In this document: positions 44,828 through 54,587 of the stretch, in pieces | Layout of the letters: every line of letters starts with the position of its first letter | Position numbering within the stretch: the first letter of the stretch is position 1 | NCBI GenBank assembly: GCA_035063585.1 | Contig: JAPSGB010000004.1 | Location: 96,001 to 160,000, forward strand | DNA: 64,000 nt | Origin: Polyangiaceae bacterium | GTDB lineage: Bacteria; Myxococcota_A; Polyangia; Polyangiales; Polyangiaceae | Direction: 5' to 3' | The notes under the pieces: generated by a model | What the model saw: the letters and a program-made list of their open reading frames with translations, nothing else | Database searches by the model: none | What the model was told of the DNA's origin: nothing | Program-made: the position numbers and the translations under genes

Positions 44828-45151
44828 TCAGCCCTCGACCAGCGCGAGCAGCTTCGCCTTGGTGGTGAGCCCGACGTGCTGCGCCGCGCGCTCGCCGTTC
44901 TTGAACACCATGACGGTGGGCACGCCGCGGATGCCGTAGCTTGCCGCCGTCTTCGGCGCCTCGTCGATGTCGAGCTTACCCACCTTCACCTTGCCGGCGA
45001 GCTCCTCGGCGACCTGCTCGACGATCGGCGACAGCGCCTTGCACGGCCCGCACCAGGTCGCCGTGAAATCCACCAGCACCGGGACGCTGCTCTTCAGCAC
45101 CTCCGCCTCGAAGTTGCCGTCGTTGAACGCGTGAATGTTCTTTCCTGCCAT
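44828..45151 (-). CDS. trxA: thioredoxin
   Basis: VLVDFTATWCGPCK and GIRGVPT; 107 aa. Confidence 0.95.
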   Translation of the reverse strand: MAGKNIHAFNDGNFEAEVLKSSVPVLVDFTATWCGPCKALSPIVEQVAEELAGKVKVGKLDIDEAPKTAASYGIRGVPTVMVFKNGERAAQHVGLTTKAKLLALVEG

Positions 45152-45281
45152 GATCTTTCCCGAGATGAGGACGCTCAACATAATCACGAGCGCCCGAGAG
45201 CGAAACCCCCGCGGCGCGCGAGGAAGCGCAAGCGGCCTTCTTTCAGCAATGATTCCGCGCCGAACCGGCATCTCCTCGAGG

Positions 45282-45983
45282 CTAGCGCTTCAAGATGCCC
45301 CGGAGCTTCTCTTTCAGCTCAGAGCTCGTCCAGCGCGGCAGATCCTCGGCTTCGAAGCGCGCCTGCTCGCTCGGAGACGGGCCGAGGACGCCCTCGCGGA
45401 GCCGGCGCTTGGTCGCGGCGTAGGCGGCGGGCGGGTGCTTGCCGAGCGCGGAGAGGCGTGCGCGCGCCGCGCCGAGCGGCTCGCTCGCGAGCTCGTCGAC
45501 GAGGCCGATCTCGGCGGCGCGCGCCGGCTCGAAGAGCCCGGCGCCGAGCAGGACCTCCTCCCAGTAGCGGCGCGGGATCCGCTCCCGGGCGAGGTTGAGC
45601 ACGCGCGGCGGGAACGCGAGCCCGAGCGCGACCTCGCTCAGCCCGATGCGTGCGGCCGAGCTCGCCGTCATCACGCGAACGTCGCAGGTGAGCGCGAGCA
45701 CGCAGCCGCCGGCGATGGCGTGACCGTTCACGCACGCCGCGGTCGGGCCCGGATACGTGTAGAGGTCGAAGACGAGCTCCTCGAGGAGCGCGAGGAACCG
45801 CGCCATGCCCGGCGCGTCGAGCGAGGCGACCTCCTTCAGGTCGAGCCCGGCGCTGAAGGCGTCGCCCGCGCCGACGAGGAGCACCGGCGCGCCACCGGCG
45901 GCCCGAAGCTCGGCTCTCACCCGCTCCATGAGCGCGGTGCCCATCGCGTTCTTCCCGGGCGCTTCGAGCGTGATCGAGATCAT
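45282..45983 (-). CDS. enoyl-CoA hydratase/isomerase family protein
   Basis: AFSAGLDL, NGHAIAGGC.LAL.CD.R, IGLSEVALG and GLVDEL. Alternative start at 45995. Confidence 0.88.
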   Translation of the reverse strand: MISITLEAPGKNAMGTALMERVRAELRAAGGAPVLLVGAGDAFSAGLDLKEVASLDAPGMARFLALLEELVFDLYTYPGPTAACVNGHAIAGGCVLALTCDVRVMTASSAARIGLSEVALGLAFPPRVLNLARERIPRRYWEEVLLGAGLFEPARAAEIGLVDELASEPLGAARARLSALGKHPPAAYAATKRRLREGVLGPSPSEQARFEAEDLPRWTSSELKEKLRGILKR

Positions 45984-46012
45984 CGGCGCGAGCATGCTAT
46001 AAAGCCCGGCTC

Positions 46013-46732
46013 GTGTCTCGACGCGTGCGCTACGGGCTCCTCCTCGGGCTGCTCTCGTTTGGGTTTCTCGGGTTCGCGTGGTTCTTCGGCCAGAGCGCGT
46101 ATACGCTGCCCGTCGCGCTCCTCTTCGCGTGGGCGACGCTCGCGTTTCAGGCGGTCGCCACGGCCTATCTCACCGCCGAGCCGCGGCTCTTCGGCAAGAC
46201 GCCGGACGGGCGGCTACCGACGCTCCGCGCCCTGCTGCTCGGGCCATATCTGGCGCTCGCGTGGGCGGTGCGCGATCTGCTGATCACGTCGCGCACGGAC
46301 GAGGCGCCGTGGCACGAGGTGGGGCCGGGGCTCTACCTCGGTCGCTACCTGAAGCGGGCGAGCGCGCTGCCGCCCGGGACCACCTGCGTGGTCGATCTCA
46401 CCTGCGAGATGTCGAAGATCCCCGGGCTCGACCCGAGCGTCGAGTACCTCGTGGCGCCCGCCCTCGACGGCAGCCTCCCCGCGCCCGCAGAGCTCGACCG
46501 GCTGGTGACCTTGCTCACCCCGAAGGACGGCGTGCTCTACGTGCATTGTGCGGCGGGGCACGGGCGCTCGGCGGTGGTGTGCGCGGCGCTGCTCGTCACG
46601 CGCGGGCTCGTCGCAGACGTGCCCGCGGCGATCGAGCGGCTGCAATCGCTTCGCCCGCTGGTGAGCATGAACCCCGATCAGCGCGCGGAGCTCGCGCGGA
46701 CGGCGCGCGTCGTCCGCGCCGCCTCGCGCTAG
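46013..46732 (+). CDS. membrane-bound dual-specificity/protein tyrosine phosphatase
   Basis: N-terminal TMs, FGK..DG, GLYLG, VDLTCE and catalytic HCAAGHGRS (CX5R). Confidence 0.88.
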   Translation: MSRRVRYGLLLGLLSFGFLGFAWFFGQSAYTLPVALLFAWATLAFQAVATAYLTAEPRLFGKTPDGRLPTLRALLLGPYLALAWAVRDLLITSRTDEAPWHEVGPGLYLGRYLKRASALPPGTTCVVDLTCEMSKIPGLDPSVEYLVAPALDGSLPAPAELDRLVTLLTPKDGVLYVHCAAGHGRSAVVCAALLVTRGLVADVPAAIERLQSLRPLVSMNPDQRAELARTARVVRAASR

Positions 46733-46804
46733 CGCTGGGGCATCACGGAAGCGGGGCATCGACGGCAGTCGAGGGCGCGCCGGGCGATGGGCACGACGTC
46801 CGTC

Positions 46805-47878
46805 TCAGAACGTCCCGGTCACGCCGGCCGACTGGAGGCCGACCCAGGGCTGGATACGCGGCGCGTGCGCGGCCTTCTCGTCGTGCTTGCCGCTCGACAG
46901 TAGAAACAGCGTGACGCCGGTCGCGATGCCGACGCCGCCCACGATGAAGCCGACCGTCGCGAGCGTCTGAGCGCTCTTCGCCGAGTCATCGAACCCGGCG
47001 GCGTCGGCGGCGTGGGGGTTCGATTTGAGGCACGGCGAGCCGCACGCCTCGAAGGCCGCGTCGGCGTCGGAGCGCTTGCTGCTCGACTGAAGCGCAAAGA
47101 GCGTCCCGGCGCCGAGCCCCACCACGCCCACGCCGAGCGCGACATATGAGCCGATGCGAAGTCCGTTGCCGCTGCTCTCCGCGCCCGAGCCGCGGTCGGG
47201 AGGGGTCGGCGGCGCGCTGCCCGGCGGCGCCGCCGGCGCGCCCCCAGCGGCAGGCGGCACGCTGGCGGAGCCGGCCGGCGCCGCGGCGTCCGCGGTCAGG
47301 ACCAGGCTCACCGACTGGCTGGCACCTGCGGCGAGCGTGACGCTCTGTGTGACCGCCGCGAAGCCCGGCGCGGTCGCCTGGAGCTGGCGCGTGCCCGGGT
47401 CGACCGGCATCGCGATTCCGACCAGCGCCGGCGGGACCTTCTCGCCGTCCACCGTGACCGCGACGGCGGCGCCGCCGGCGCCCGTGACTTGGATGGTGAG
47501 GTGCGCGATCTTCGCCTCCACGTCCTTCACCTCGGCCTCGGCGGATTGCTGCGCCTCGCGAAAGGCGGCGGGCGCCCCTGGCGCCAGCTTGTCACGGACG
47601 ATCTTGAGATAGAGCTCCTGAGCCTTCACGAGCTTGCCAAGCTTCACGCTCGCGCGCGCCATATAGAGCAGGTGCGGCGGCGCGTGGACGAGCGACTCGG
47701 CGCGCGAGAAGAGATCGATCGCTTCTTGCCATTGGCCCTTCTGGAACGCTGCGGCGCCCTGCGTCGCCGCGGCGCGCGCGCCCGCTGTCTGCTCCGCCGT
47801 CTGTGCGGAGCTGGCCGTCGTGCCGAGACCGATGACGAGAACGGCGGCGCCAAGCACGCCCGCGTGAGAAAGCTTCAT
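46805..47878 (-). CDS. secreted TPR + PEGA-like protein
   Basis: Signal peptide, TPR-like helices, V.VDG...VDPG.R.L.A.APGF, Pro/Ala linker and a Gly-rich hydrophobic C-terminus ending in F. Confidence 0.75.
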   Translation of the reverse strand: MKLSHAGVLGAAVLVIGLGTTASSAQTAEQTAGARAAATQGAAAFQKGQWQEAIDLFSRAESLVHAPPHLLYMARASVKLGKLVKAQELYLKIVRDKLAPGAPAAFREAQQSAEAEVKDVEAKIAHLTIQVTGAGGAAVAVTVDGEKVPPALVGIAMPVDPGTRQLQATAPGFAAVTQSVTLAAGASQSVSLVLTADAAAPAGSASVPPAAGGAPAAPPGSAPPTPPDRGSGAESSGNGLRIGSYVALGVGVVGLGAGTLFALQSSSKRSDADAAFEACGSPCLKSNPHAADAAGFDDSAKSAQTLATVGFIVGGVGIATGVTLFLLSSGKHDEKAAHAPRIQPWVGLQSAGVTGTF

Positions 47879-47985
47879 GGGCCCTAGAGTTATCACAACC
47901 TCGGAGGAGGGGCGCGGCTCATGGATTCGGGCGGCGCGGGCGTCCCCGCCGCCGGCCGCGCCGCTCATGCTACCCTCCCCTCCGG

Positions 47986-49074
47986 ATGCGGACGCTCGAA
48001 CTACACCTCTATACGCTCGGGTTCGCTCTGCTCGCGGCCTGCGGGAGCGCAACCGGTGAACGCTCGGGCGGGCCTGCCGGAACGGGAGGCGGCGCGGCCA
48101 CGGGTGGCGGCGCGGGCGCGCCCGCAGGCGGCGCGGCAGGCTCGGGGGCGACCGACGGCGGGATCATCGTCGACGACGATTCGGGGCCCAATGGGTCCTG
48201 CGTCCCCGACCACTCCGTCCTCACCCCGGCCGGCCCGGAGGCGGTGCTGGCGGCCGCGTACGCCTCCCTCTACACGGTGTACCACCTCGGCGCGGTGCCC
48301 GGCATGCCGCCTGGGCACCTCGGCGGGTGCACCATCGCCGCGAACGATCCGAACACCTTGCTCGTGGTCGGGGACTCGGAGAGCGAGACCGCCGGCCTCT
48401 GGGCAATCCCGGTCGCGCGCGACGCCTGCCGGCACATCATTGGCTGGAACGGCGTCGCGAAGAAGCTCGCCGACGCGCCGTTCATGGACGCGAACCTCCC
48501 CTACACCGACCAAGACGTCCTCCTCTACTCGATGTGGCCCTCGAACAAGCTCGGCCAGCTCCTGCCAGGCGCCACGAGCCCGAGCCTCGAGACCGATCTC
48601 AGCGCGCTCGGCGTGACCGACAGCCCAGGCGGGCTCGCCTTCGTGCCGAGCTACCTGCCCGCCGCCGGGCACCTGCGCGCGGTGAGCTGGCCGCTCGGCA
48701 GGTTCTTCCACCTCGAGTACTCGGTAAGTAACCCTCCGCTCCTCGATATCACCGGCGCGAGCCAGGCGGCCAAGGTGGTCGAGGGCGGCGGCTTCGCGTA
48801 CGTGCCGCCCGGCTCCCCCGGCTTCGACCAACCGAGCCTCATCATGGCCGAATGGCAGGGCCGCGCGGTGGTTACCTACGAGGTGGACGACGCCGGCGAT
48901 CCGATCGCTGGCTCGCGGAAGCCCTTCTTCAGCTCATTCCCTCAGCCTTGGGGGGCGTACTTCGAGCCCGAGACGGGCGACTACCTGTTTCTCACCTGGG
49001 TGAGCTCGCCGGATCGCGTCTACATCGTGCAAGGCTTCGAGAAGCCACCGCCGCCGCCGCCGCCACCCAAGTGA
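47986..49074 (+). CDS. hypothetical lipoprotein (probably beta-rich)
   Basis: Lipobox LAAC, Gly-rich linker, globular region and poly-Pro C-terminus. Confidence 0.75.
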   Translation: MRTLELHLYTLGFALLAACGSATGERSGGPAGTGGGAATGGGAGAPAGGAAGSGATDGGIIVDDDSGPNGSCVPDHSVLTPAGPEAVLAAAYASLYTVYHLGAVPGMPPGHLGGCTIAANDPNTLLVVGDSESETAGLWAIPVARDACRHIIGWNGVAKKLADAPFMDANLPYTDQDVLLYSMWPSNKLGQLLPGATSPSLETDLSALGVTDSPGGLAFVPSYLPAAGHLRAVSWPLGRFFHLEYSVSNPPLLDITGASQAAKVVEGGGFAYVPPGSPGFDQPSLIMAEWQGRAVVTYEVDDAGDPIAGSRKPFFSSFPQPWGAYFEPETGDYLFLTWVSSPDRVYIVQGFEKPPPPPPPPK

Positions 49075-49125
49075 GCAGGCGCGCCGAGGAGCGCGACGCC
49101 TCGGCGCGGGCAGCGCCACCTCGTC

Positions 49126-50064
49126 TCAGAATCGACCGCGGAGCCCGACCGAGCCCGGCCCAACGAGCGGCACCACGCGCCCGACCTGCTCCTCGCTCGC
49201 GGAGGGAGCCGTGAGGAGCAGCACCGCGCCCGCGCCGAGACCGACCACGCCGACGATGGTACCAACCGTGGCGATGTCCGCTTGCGTCTTGCCGGTGTCG
49301 TAGAGCTCACGCTCGGAGGAGGCGCAAGCGTGGTTCGGGCAGTTGGTGTCGAGGTCGGCCTTGGTCGAGTGGGCCTTCAGCGCGAACACCGCGCCGACCG
49401 CGAGCCCGACGCCTCCCACCGCCAGGCTCACGTAACCGGCGGTGCGCGCCGCCGACGAGTGGCGCGAGGTGATCGCCGCGACGGGCGCCGGCCGCGCCTC
49501 CTCGGCCGGCTCGAGCTTCACATCGATGGTGCGCGCCTCGCCGACGGCCACCGTGAAGGTGGTGTCGAACGGCTTCATCCCGGGCGCCTCGGCGTGGAGG
49601 CGGTGCGCTCCGGGCTCGAGCGCGAGCGGCGAGCTCGCTTCGACCGTGACGTCGTCGAGGGTGAGCGACGCGTCGTTCGCGCCGGAGAGGACGATGGTCA
49701 GCTTGGGCACCACCGCCGAGACCCGCTCGAGCTCGGACTTGGCCTTGCGCTTCTCACCCGCCGAGGCGCGCGGGTCGTCGATCACGCTCTCGAGCAGCGA
49801 CGCGGCCTCTCGTGGCGCGCCGGCCTTCTCCGTGACGCGCGCGAGCGCGAGCCGCAGCTTTGGCGTGTCGTTCAGCTCCATCGCGTGCTTCAGGAGGTCC
49901 CGCGCCTCGGTCCATTCTCCCTTACGCTCGTGCAGCTTGGCGTCTCGCACGGCCCGGCCAGCCGCTGCGACGTCCGCGCGTGATGGCCGAGCGCTGGCAG
50001 GCGCAGACGTCAGGGCAGCCGCGAGCGCGGCAGCCGCCAGGAATCCCTTACGCATGCGGGCCAT
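49126..50064 (-). CDS. secreted TPR + PEGA-like protein (paralogue of 46805-47878)
   Basis: Signal peptide, TPR helices, LEPGAHRLHAEAPG, and C-terminal GYVSLAVGGVG...C...C...GLRGRF. Confidence 0.75.
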   Translation of the reverse strand: MARMRKGFLAAAALAAALTSAPASARPSRADVAAAGRAVRDAKLHERKGEWTEARDLLKHAMELNDTPKLRLALARVTEKAGAPREAASLLESVIDDPRASAGEKRKAKSELERVSAVVPKLTIVLSGANDASLTLDDVTVEASSPLALEPGAHRLHAEAPGMKPFDTTFTVAVGEARTIDVKLEPAEEARPAPVAAITSRHSSAARTAGYVSLAVGGVGLAVGAVFALKAHSTKADLDTNCPNHACASSERELYDTGKTQADIATVGTIVGVVGLGAGAVLLLTAPSASEEQVGRVVPLVGPGSVGLRGRF

Positions 50065-50112
50065 GTTCTCAAGCCCGGGGCGCGCTCGCAACCGTTCCGC
50101 TCGGCGCGCAGC

Positions 50113-50655
50113 TCAGTTGTCGAACTTGAGCGAGTTTCCCTCGGCGTCCCGCATCTTGCCCATGCCGATGATGATGCGGTCGATCAGCGCCCAGAACCCG
50201 AGCCCGCCGAACGTGAAGAGCTTCAAGAGCCCGAGCCCCGTCTGCCCCAGGTAGAAGCGATCCGCGCCGAACATGCCGAGGAAATACGAGAGGAGGAACG
50301 CCACCGACTGGCTCCGGGTCGGGTTTCCGACCGGCGGGTCGCGAGCCAGCACGAGCCCTTCGGCGTCGCGACGCGCGCCCAGGCCAGTCACGATGGCGTC
50401 GATCATCGACCAGATCCCGCAGCCGCCGAGCGTGAAGAGCTTCAAGAGCCCGAGCCCCGTCTGCCCCAGGTAGAAGCGGTCGACACCGAACGCGCCGAGC
50501 AGCAAGGACAGGAGAAAGACGGTCGCCTGGTCCTTGCTCGACGAGCGCGTGAGGCCGCCGGAGCCGGACTGCCACGCCGGCGTGACGATCGGCGGCGCGC
50601 CGTAGGGACCGGGCCCGCCCCACCCACCTCCTGACGAGTATCCACCGCCGCTCAT
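50113..50655 (-). CDS. protein with two TM2 domains
   Basis: Two copies of FLLS.(L/F)LG.FG.DRFYLGQTGLGLLKLFT.GG.G.W..ID; GAGGAG SD upstream. Confidence 0.9.
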   Translation of the reverse strand: MSGGGYSSGGGWGGPGPYGAPPIVTPAWQSGSGGLTRSSSKDQATVFLLSLLLGAFGVDRFYLGQTGLGLLKLFTLGGCGIWSMIDAIVTGLGARRDAEGLVLARDPPVGNPTRSQSVAFLLSYFLGMFGADRFYLGQTGLGLLKLFTFGGLGFWALIDRIIIGMGKMRDAEGNSLKFDN

Positions 50656-51033
50656 GTCGTGCTCCTCGCTCCCTCGTGAACTTGCGGCGAACCGGCCCCG
50701 CGCCCCGAGCGCGAGGGTGCCGCTCGGCGCGCCAGCTCGATCGCCCGCTCGATCTAGCATGGCACGCTCGCCAAACCTCCCAATTCCTCACGCCGGAGCC
50801 GTTACGTCCGCTCGACGCCGCGCGACCGGGCGGGCTCGGGTGTCCGAAGGCGTCGCACGCAGCGCGCAGCGCGCTGGCCACCGGCGAGCGACGCGGTACC
50901 CGGCGCTACCGGCGACGGGCGCGCCGCGTCCCGAGCACGCGAGCGTCATGATGGGTCGGGGAGGCGCGGCCGGCGGCGCGCGCCGGTCACGGTTCCCGAA
51001 CCCTTTCCCTCACGCTAGGCTCGAACCGAGCCG

Positions 51034-51483
51034 ATGGATCGCCGCGCATTTCTTTGGTTCGCGCTGGCCGCCGGATGCAGCCGCGCCCCCTCCGAGGATC
51101 GAGAACACGTCCCGTGGTCGTCGAGCCAGGTCGTCACGAGCGCGGCGCTCGCAAGAGAGCTCGGGGAGGCGCCGCCTCCGAAGGTCGTGCACGTCGGGCC
51201 ACCGCAGCTCTTTCGGAGCGAGCGCGTGCCCGGCGCGGTGCACACCGGAGAGGGGGGCGACGCGGAGGGCCTCGCGGCGCTCGAGCGATGGCTCACGCCG
51301 CTCGAACGCGATGCGCGGGTGGTCCTCTACTGCGGGTGCTGCCCGTACCGGAACTGCCCGAACATCCGCCCCGCGTTCCACAAGGCAGTGGCGCTCGGCT
51401 TTACGCGGGTGCGCGTGCTGGATCTGCCGACTCGGTTCAAAGAGGACTGGACCGCGCACGGCCTGCCGGTCGAGCGCGGTTGA
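51034..51483 (+). CDS. rhodanese-like lipoprotein with a CGCCPxxxCPN motif
   Basis: MDRRAFL...LAAGC; RVPGAVH, VVLYCGCCPYRNCPNIRPAF and W...GLPVE. Confidence 0.8.
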   Translation: MDRRAFLWFALAAGCSRAPSEDREHVPWSSSQVVTSAALARELGEAPPPKVVHVGPPQLFRSERVPGAVHTGEGGDAEGLAALERWLTPLERDARVVLYCGCCPYRNCPNIRPAFHKAVALGFTRVRVLDLPTRFKEDWTAHGLPVERG

Positions 51484-51645
51484 CGCGGCCCCGCTCCGGA
51501 ACGAATGACCGGATGATGAGCTCACGCCGATGAGCCGGCGCCTGCCCGCCACCGAGACGCTCGCCGAGGGCGCCCCACCGGACCGTCCGCAGGCCCGGGC
51601 CGAGGCGACCACGCCGTGCGGAGCGCTCGAGCAGCGAGGCTCCAC

Positions 51646-52932
51646 GTGAGCCAGCGGTGGCGCAGCGCGCTCGCGCTCGTCGCGCTGTCGCTCGGCGCGA
51701 CGGCCCGCGCCGCGGCGGCAGGGCCCGACGGCACGCCTCCCACGGAGAGCGACGACGTGTTCGCGGAGGTAGAGGCGGGGCTCTCGCCGAACGCGGCCGC
51801 GGGTGAGTCGGAGCGCACCGCGGCGGCGCAGGCGAAGCCGCGCGCGCGCACGTCCCCGACCATCCCGGCGCGCGCCGCGAGCGCGAGCGGCGTGATGAAC
51901 CCGGAGCTGTCGGTCATCGCCAATTTCGCCGCGGCGGCCTTCTCCGACGAGCATCATCTCGAGAGTGGAGCGCACGATCCCGAGCGGACGGGCTTCAACC
52001 TCCAGGCGCTCGAGCTCAGCGTGCGGAGCGTCGTCGATCCGTACCTGCGGTTCGACGCCCACCTGGCCTTCGGGGAAGAGGGCGTCGAGCTCGAGGAGGC
52101 GTTCGCCACGACGCTCGGGCTCCCCGGCGGCCTGCAGGCGCGGATGGGTCAGTTCCTGAGCCGCTTCGGTCGCATCAACGCGACCCATCCGCACGCGTGG
52201 AACTTCGTGGATCAGCCCTTCGCGCTCGGCCGCATCTTCGGTGGCGACGGCAACCGCGGGCTCGGCGCCGAGGTGAGCTGGCTCGCTCCCCTGCCCTGGT
52301 ACGTCGAGGCGGTCGCCTCGCTGATGAATCCCGGGAGCCCGAACACGGCGCGCAGCTTTGCCTCGGAGGACGAGCGCGCGGTGCGCGAGCTCGGAGCCCT
52401 CCTCTACGTCGGCGCGCTCAAGCAGTCGTTCGAGCTCGCGGATGACTGGACGCTCCTCTTCGGCACCTCCGGCGCGTTCGGGCCCGGCGCGGCGAGCGGT
52501 GAGCGCGCGGAGGTCTACGGCACCGATCTCTTCATGAAGTATCGCCCGATCACTCGCGCGAGCACCACCGAGCTCACCTGGCAGACCGAGCTCTTCTACC
52601 GCCGCCGTCACCTCGCCCTGCAGACGCTCACGGACGTGAACGGCTACACCGAGGTCTTCCTGCGGTTCGCACGCCGCTGGGGGACGGCCGCGCGCTACGA
52701 GCTCGGCACGCCGGCGTACCCGACCGGGCCGCGCGTCACGGACCCGCTCGACCCCGCCTGGCAGGCGACGCGCTTTCGGGTCAGCGCGAACGTGACCCAC
52801 TGGCCGAGCGAATTTTCGCGTTTTCGGCTGCAAGGCTCCGCGGACATGCCAGGCTGGAGGCCTCGGCCCGTCTACGCGGTGTTCCTCGCCGCCGAGTTCG
52901 TGGTCGGTGCCCATGGGGCGCACACGTTCTAG
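51646..52932 (+). CDS. putative outer-membrane metal uptake beta-barrel associated with a Zn/Mn ABC operon
   Basis: Signal peptide, NPELSVI, GAHDP, GFNLQ.LEL, FGRIN.THPH.W.FVDQP, SEFSRFRLQ and terminal GAHGAHTF. Start at 51616 or 51646. Confidence 0.75.
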   Translation: MSQRWRSALALVALSLGATARAAAAGPDGTPPTESDDVFAEVEAGLSPNAAAGESERTAAAQAKPRARTSPTIPARAASASGVMNPELSVIANFAAAAFSDEHHLESGAHDPERTGFNLQALELSVRSVVDPYLRFDAHLAFGEEGVELEEAFATTLGLPGGLQARMGQFLSRFGRINATHPHAWNFVDQPFALGRIFGGDGNRGLGAEVSWLAPLPWYVEAVASLMNPGSPNTARSFASEDERAVRELGALLYVGALKQSFELADDWTLLFGTSGAFGPGAASGERAEVYGTDLFMKYRPITRASTTELTWQTELFYRRRHLALQTLTDVNGYTEVFLRFARRWGTAARYELGTPAYPTGPRVTDPLDPAWQATRFRVSANVTHWPSEFSRFRLQGSADMPGWRPRPVYAVFLAAEFVVGAHGAHTF

Positions 52933-52944
52933 AAGGGAGCGAGC

Positions 52945-53847
52945 ATGCATCGAGCGTTATCATTGGTGATCGTGGCGCTCTCGCTCCTCTTCGGCCGGAG
53001 CGCAGAGGCCAAGCTCGCCGTCGTCACGAGCACCGCGACGCTGGCCTCGCTCGTCCGAGAGGTGGGCGGCGACCGGGTGAAGGTGACGAGCCTGGCGCTC
53101 CCCACGCAGGACCCCCACTTCGTCGACGCCAAGCCGCGCCTCGCGCTCGAGCTCAAGAAGGCCGATCTGCTCGTCGTGGTCGGGCTGGATCTCGAGATCG
53201 GCTGGCTCCCGGTGCTCCAGACCGGGAGCCGGAACGGCAAGGTGCAGGTCGGCGCAGAAGGCTACCTCGACTGCTCGAGGTTCGTGCGCGTGCTCGACGT
53301 CCCCGAAGGCAAGGTCGATCGCGCCGCGGGAGACGTCCACCCGCAGGGGAACCCCCACTACCTCTATGATCCGCGGCAGGCCGCGCGGGTGACCAAGGCC
53401 ATCGCGGACAAGCTCGCCGAGCTCGACCCGAGTCACACCGACGACTATCGCAAGAACGCGCTCGAGTTCGTGAAGAAGCTCGGAAAGTCTACCAAGCTCT
53501 GGGAGGCCCAGCTCGCCCACGCGCGCGGCGCGAAGGTGGTCGCCTATCACAAGTCCTTCTCGTACCTGACCGACTGGCTCGGCCTCGACGTGATCGCGCA
53601 CATCGAGCCGCGACCCGGCGTCCCGCCAACCCCCCACCACGTCGCGCAAGTGATCGAGCTCGCGAAGCGGCGCCAGGTGAAGCTCGTGCTCGAGGAGAGC
53701 TACTATTTCAGCGCCACCGGTGAGCTCGTAGCAAGAAAGATCGGCGCGACCCTGGCGCGGGTCCCGGCGGCCCCGAGCGCGACGCAGGGCTACATCGCGC
53801 ACCTCGACGCCATCGTGAAGAAGCTCGCGCGAGTATACGAGAAGTGA
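52945..53847 (+). CDS. metal ABC transporter substrate-binding protein (ZnuA/TroA-like)
   Basis: QDPHF, GLDLE.GWL, HPQGNPHY.YDP, YHKSFSY and EPRPG.PPT..H. Confidence 0.9.
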   Translation: MHRALSLVIVALSLLFGRSAEAKLAVVTSTATLASLVREVGGDRVKVTSLALPTQDPHFVDAKPRLALELKKADLLVVVGLDLEIGWLPVLQTGSRNGKVQVGAEGYLDCSRFVRVLDVPEGKVDRAAGDVHPQGNPHYLYDPRQAARVTKAIADKLAELDPSHTDDYRKNALEFVKKLGKSTKLWEAQLAHARGAKVVAYHKSFSYLTDWLGLDVIAHIEPRPGVPPTPHHVAQVIELAKRRQVKLVLEESYYFSATGELVARKIGATLARVPAAPSATQGYIAHLDAIVKKLARVYEK

Positions 53848-54587
53848 GCGAGCTCCTGCTCCGCTGCGAGGCGCTGCGCGTCGGCTACCTCGGACGCGCG
53901 ATCCTGCCCGCCATCGAGCTCGAGATCCGCGCCGGAGAGTTCTGGGCGGTGGTCGGGCGCAACGGCTCGGGCAAGACCACCTGGCTGAGGACGCTCCTCG
54001 GCCTGCTCCCGCCGGTGGGGGGTCGCGTCACGCGCGCGCGCGCCGACCTCTCTTTCTCCTATGTGCCGCAGCAAAAGACGATCGACGAGCTCTATCCGCT
54101 CCTCGCGCGCGACGTGGTCGGGCTCGGGCTCGAGCGGGGGTGGTCGTTCCTCGCGCCGCGGTTCGGCCGTGAGCCCCCGGAAATCCTGGAGGCGCTCGAA
54201 GAGTTCGGCGCGGGTGAGCTCGCCGGCCAGCCGTTTCGTAGCCTCTCCGAGGGTCAGAAGCAGCGCGTGCTGTTCGCGCGCCTCGCCGTGTCGCGGGCGG
54301 AGCTCGCGGTGCTCGACGAACCGACCAGCGCGATGGATCCGGTCGCGATTGACGAGGCCTTCGAGCTCCTGGCGCGACATCGCGAGCGGCACGCGCTCGC
54401 CGTCGTGATGGTGAGCCACACCGTCGACCGTCTGCGCCACTACGCGGACCACGCGCTCCTCGTCGACCGCGAGCGCGAGGCCGTGCTCGTCGGGAGCCCG
54501 GAGGCGGTCTTCGCAGATGAGCGCTTCACGGCGCGCTTCGGCGAGTCGGCGGGGGGCGTCTCGGCGCTGCGAGAGCAGCGTGCCTGA
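53844..54587 (+). CDS. metal ABC transporter ATPase (ZnuC-like)
   Basis: GRNGSGKTT, YVPQ, LSEGQKQR, LDEPT and VSH. Confidence 0.92.
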   Translation: MSELLLRCEALRVGYLGRAILPAIELEIRAGEFWAVVGRNGSGKTTWLRTLLGLLPPVGGRVTRARADLSFSYVPQQKTIDELYPLLARDVVGLGLERGWSFLAPRFGREPPEILEALEEFGAGELAGQPFRSLSEGQKQRVLFARLAVSRAELAVLDEPTSAMDPVAIDEAFELLARHRERHALAVVMVSHTVDRLRHYADHALLVDREREAVLVGSPEAVFADERFTARFGESAGGVSALREQRA

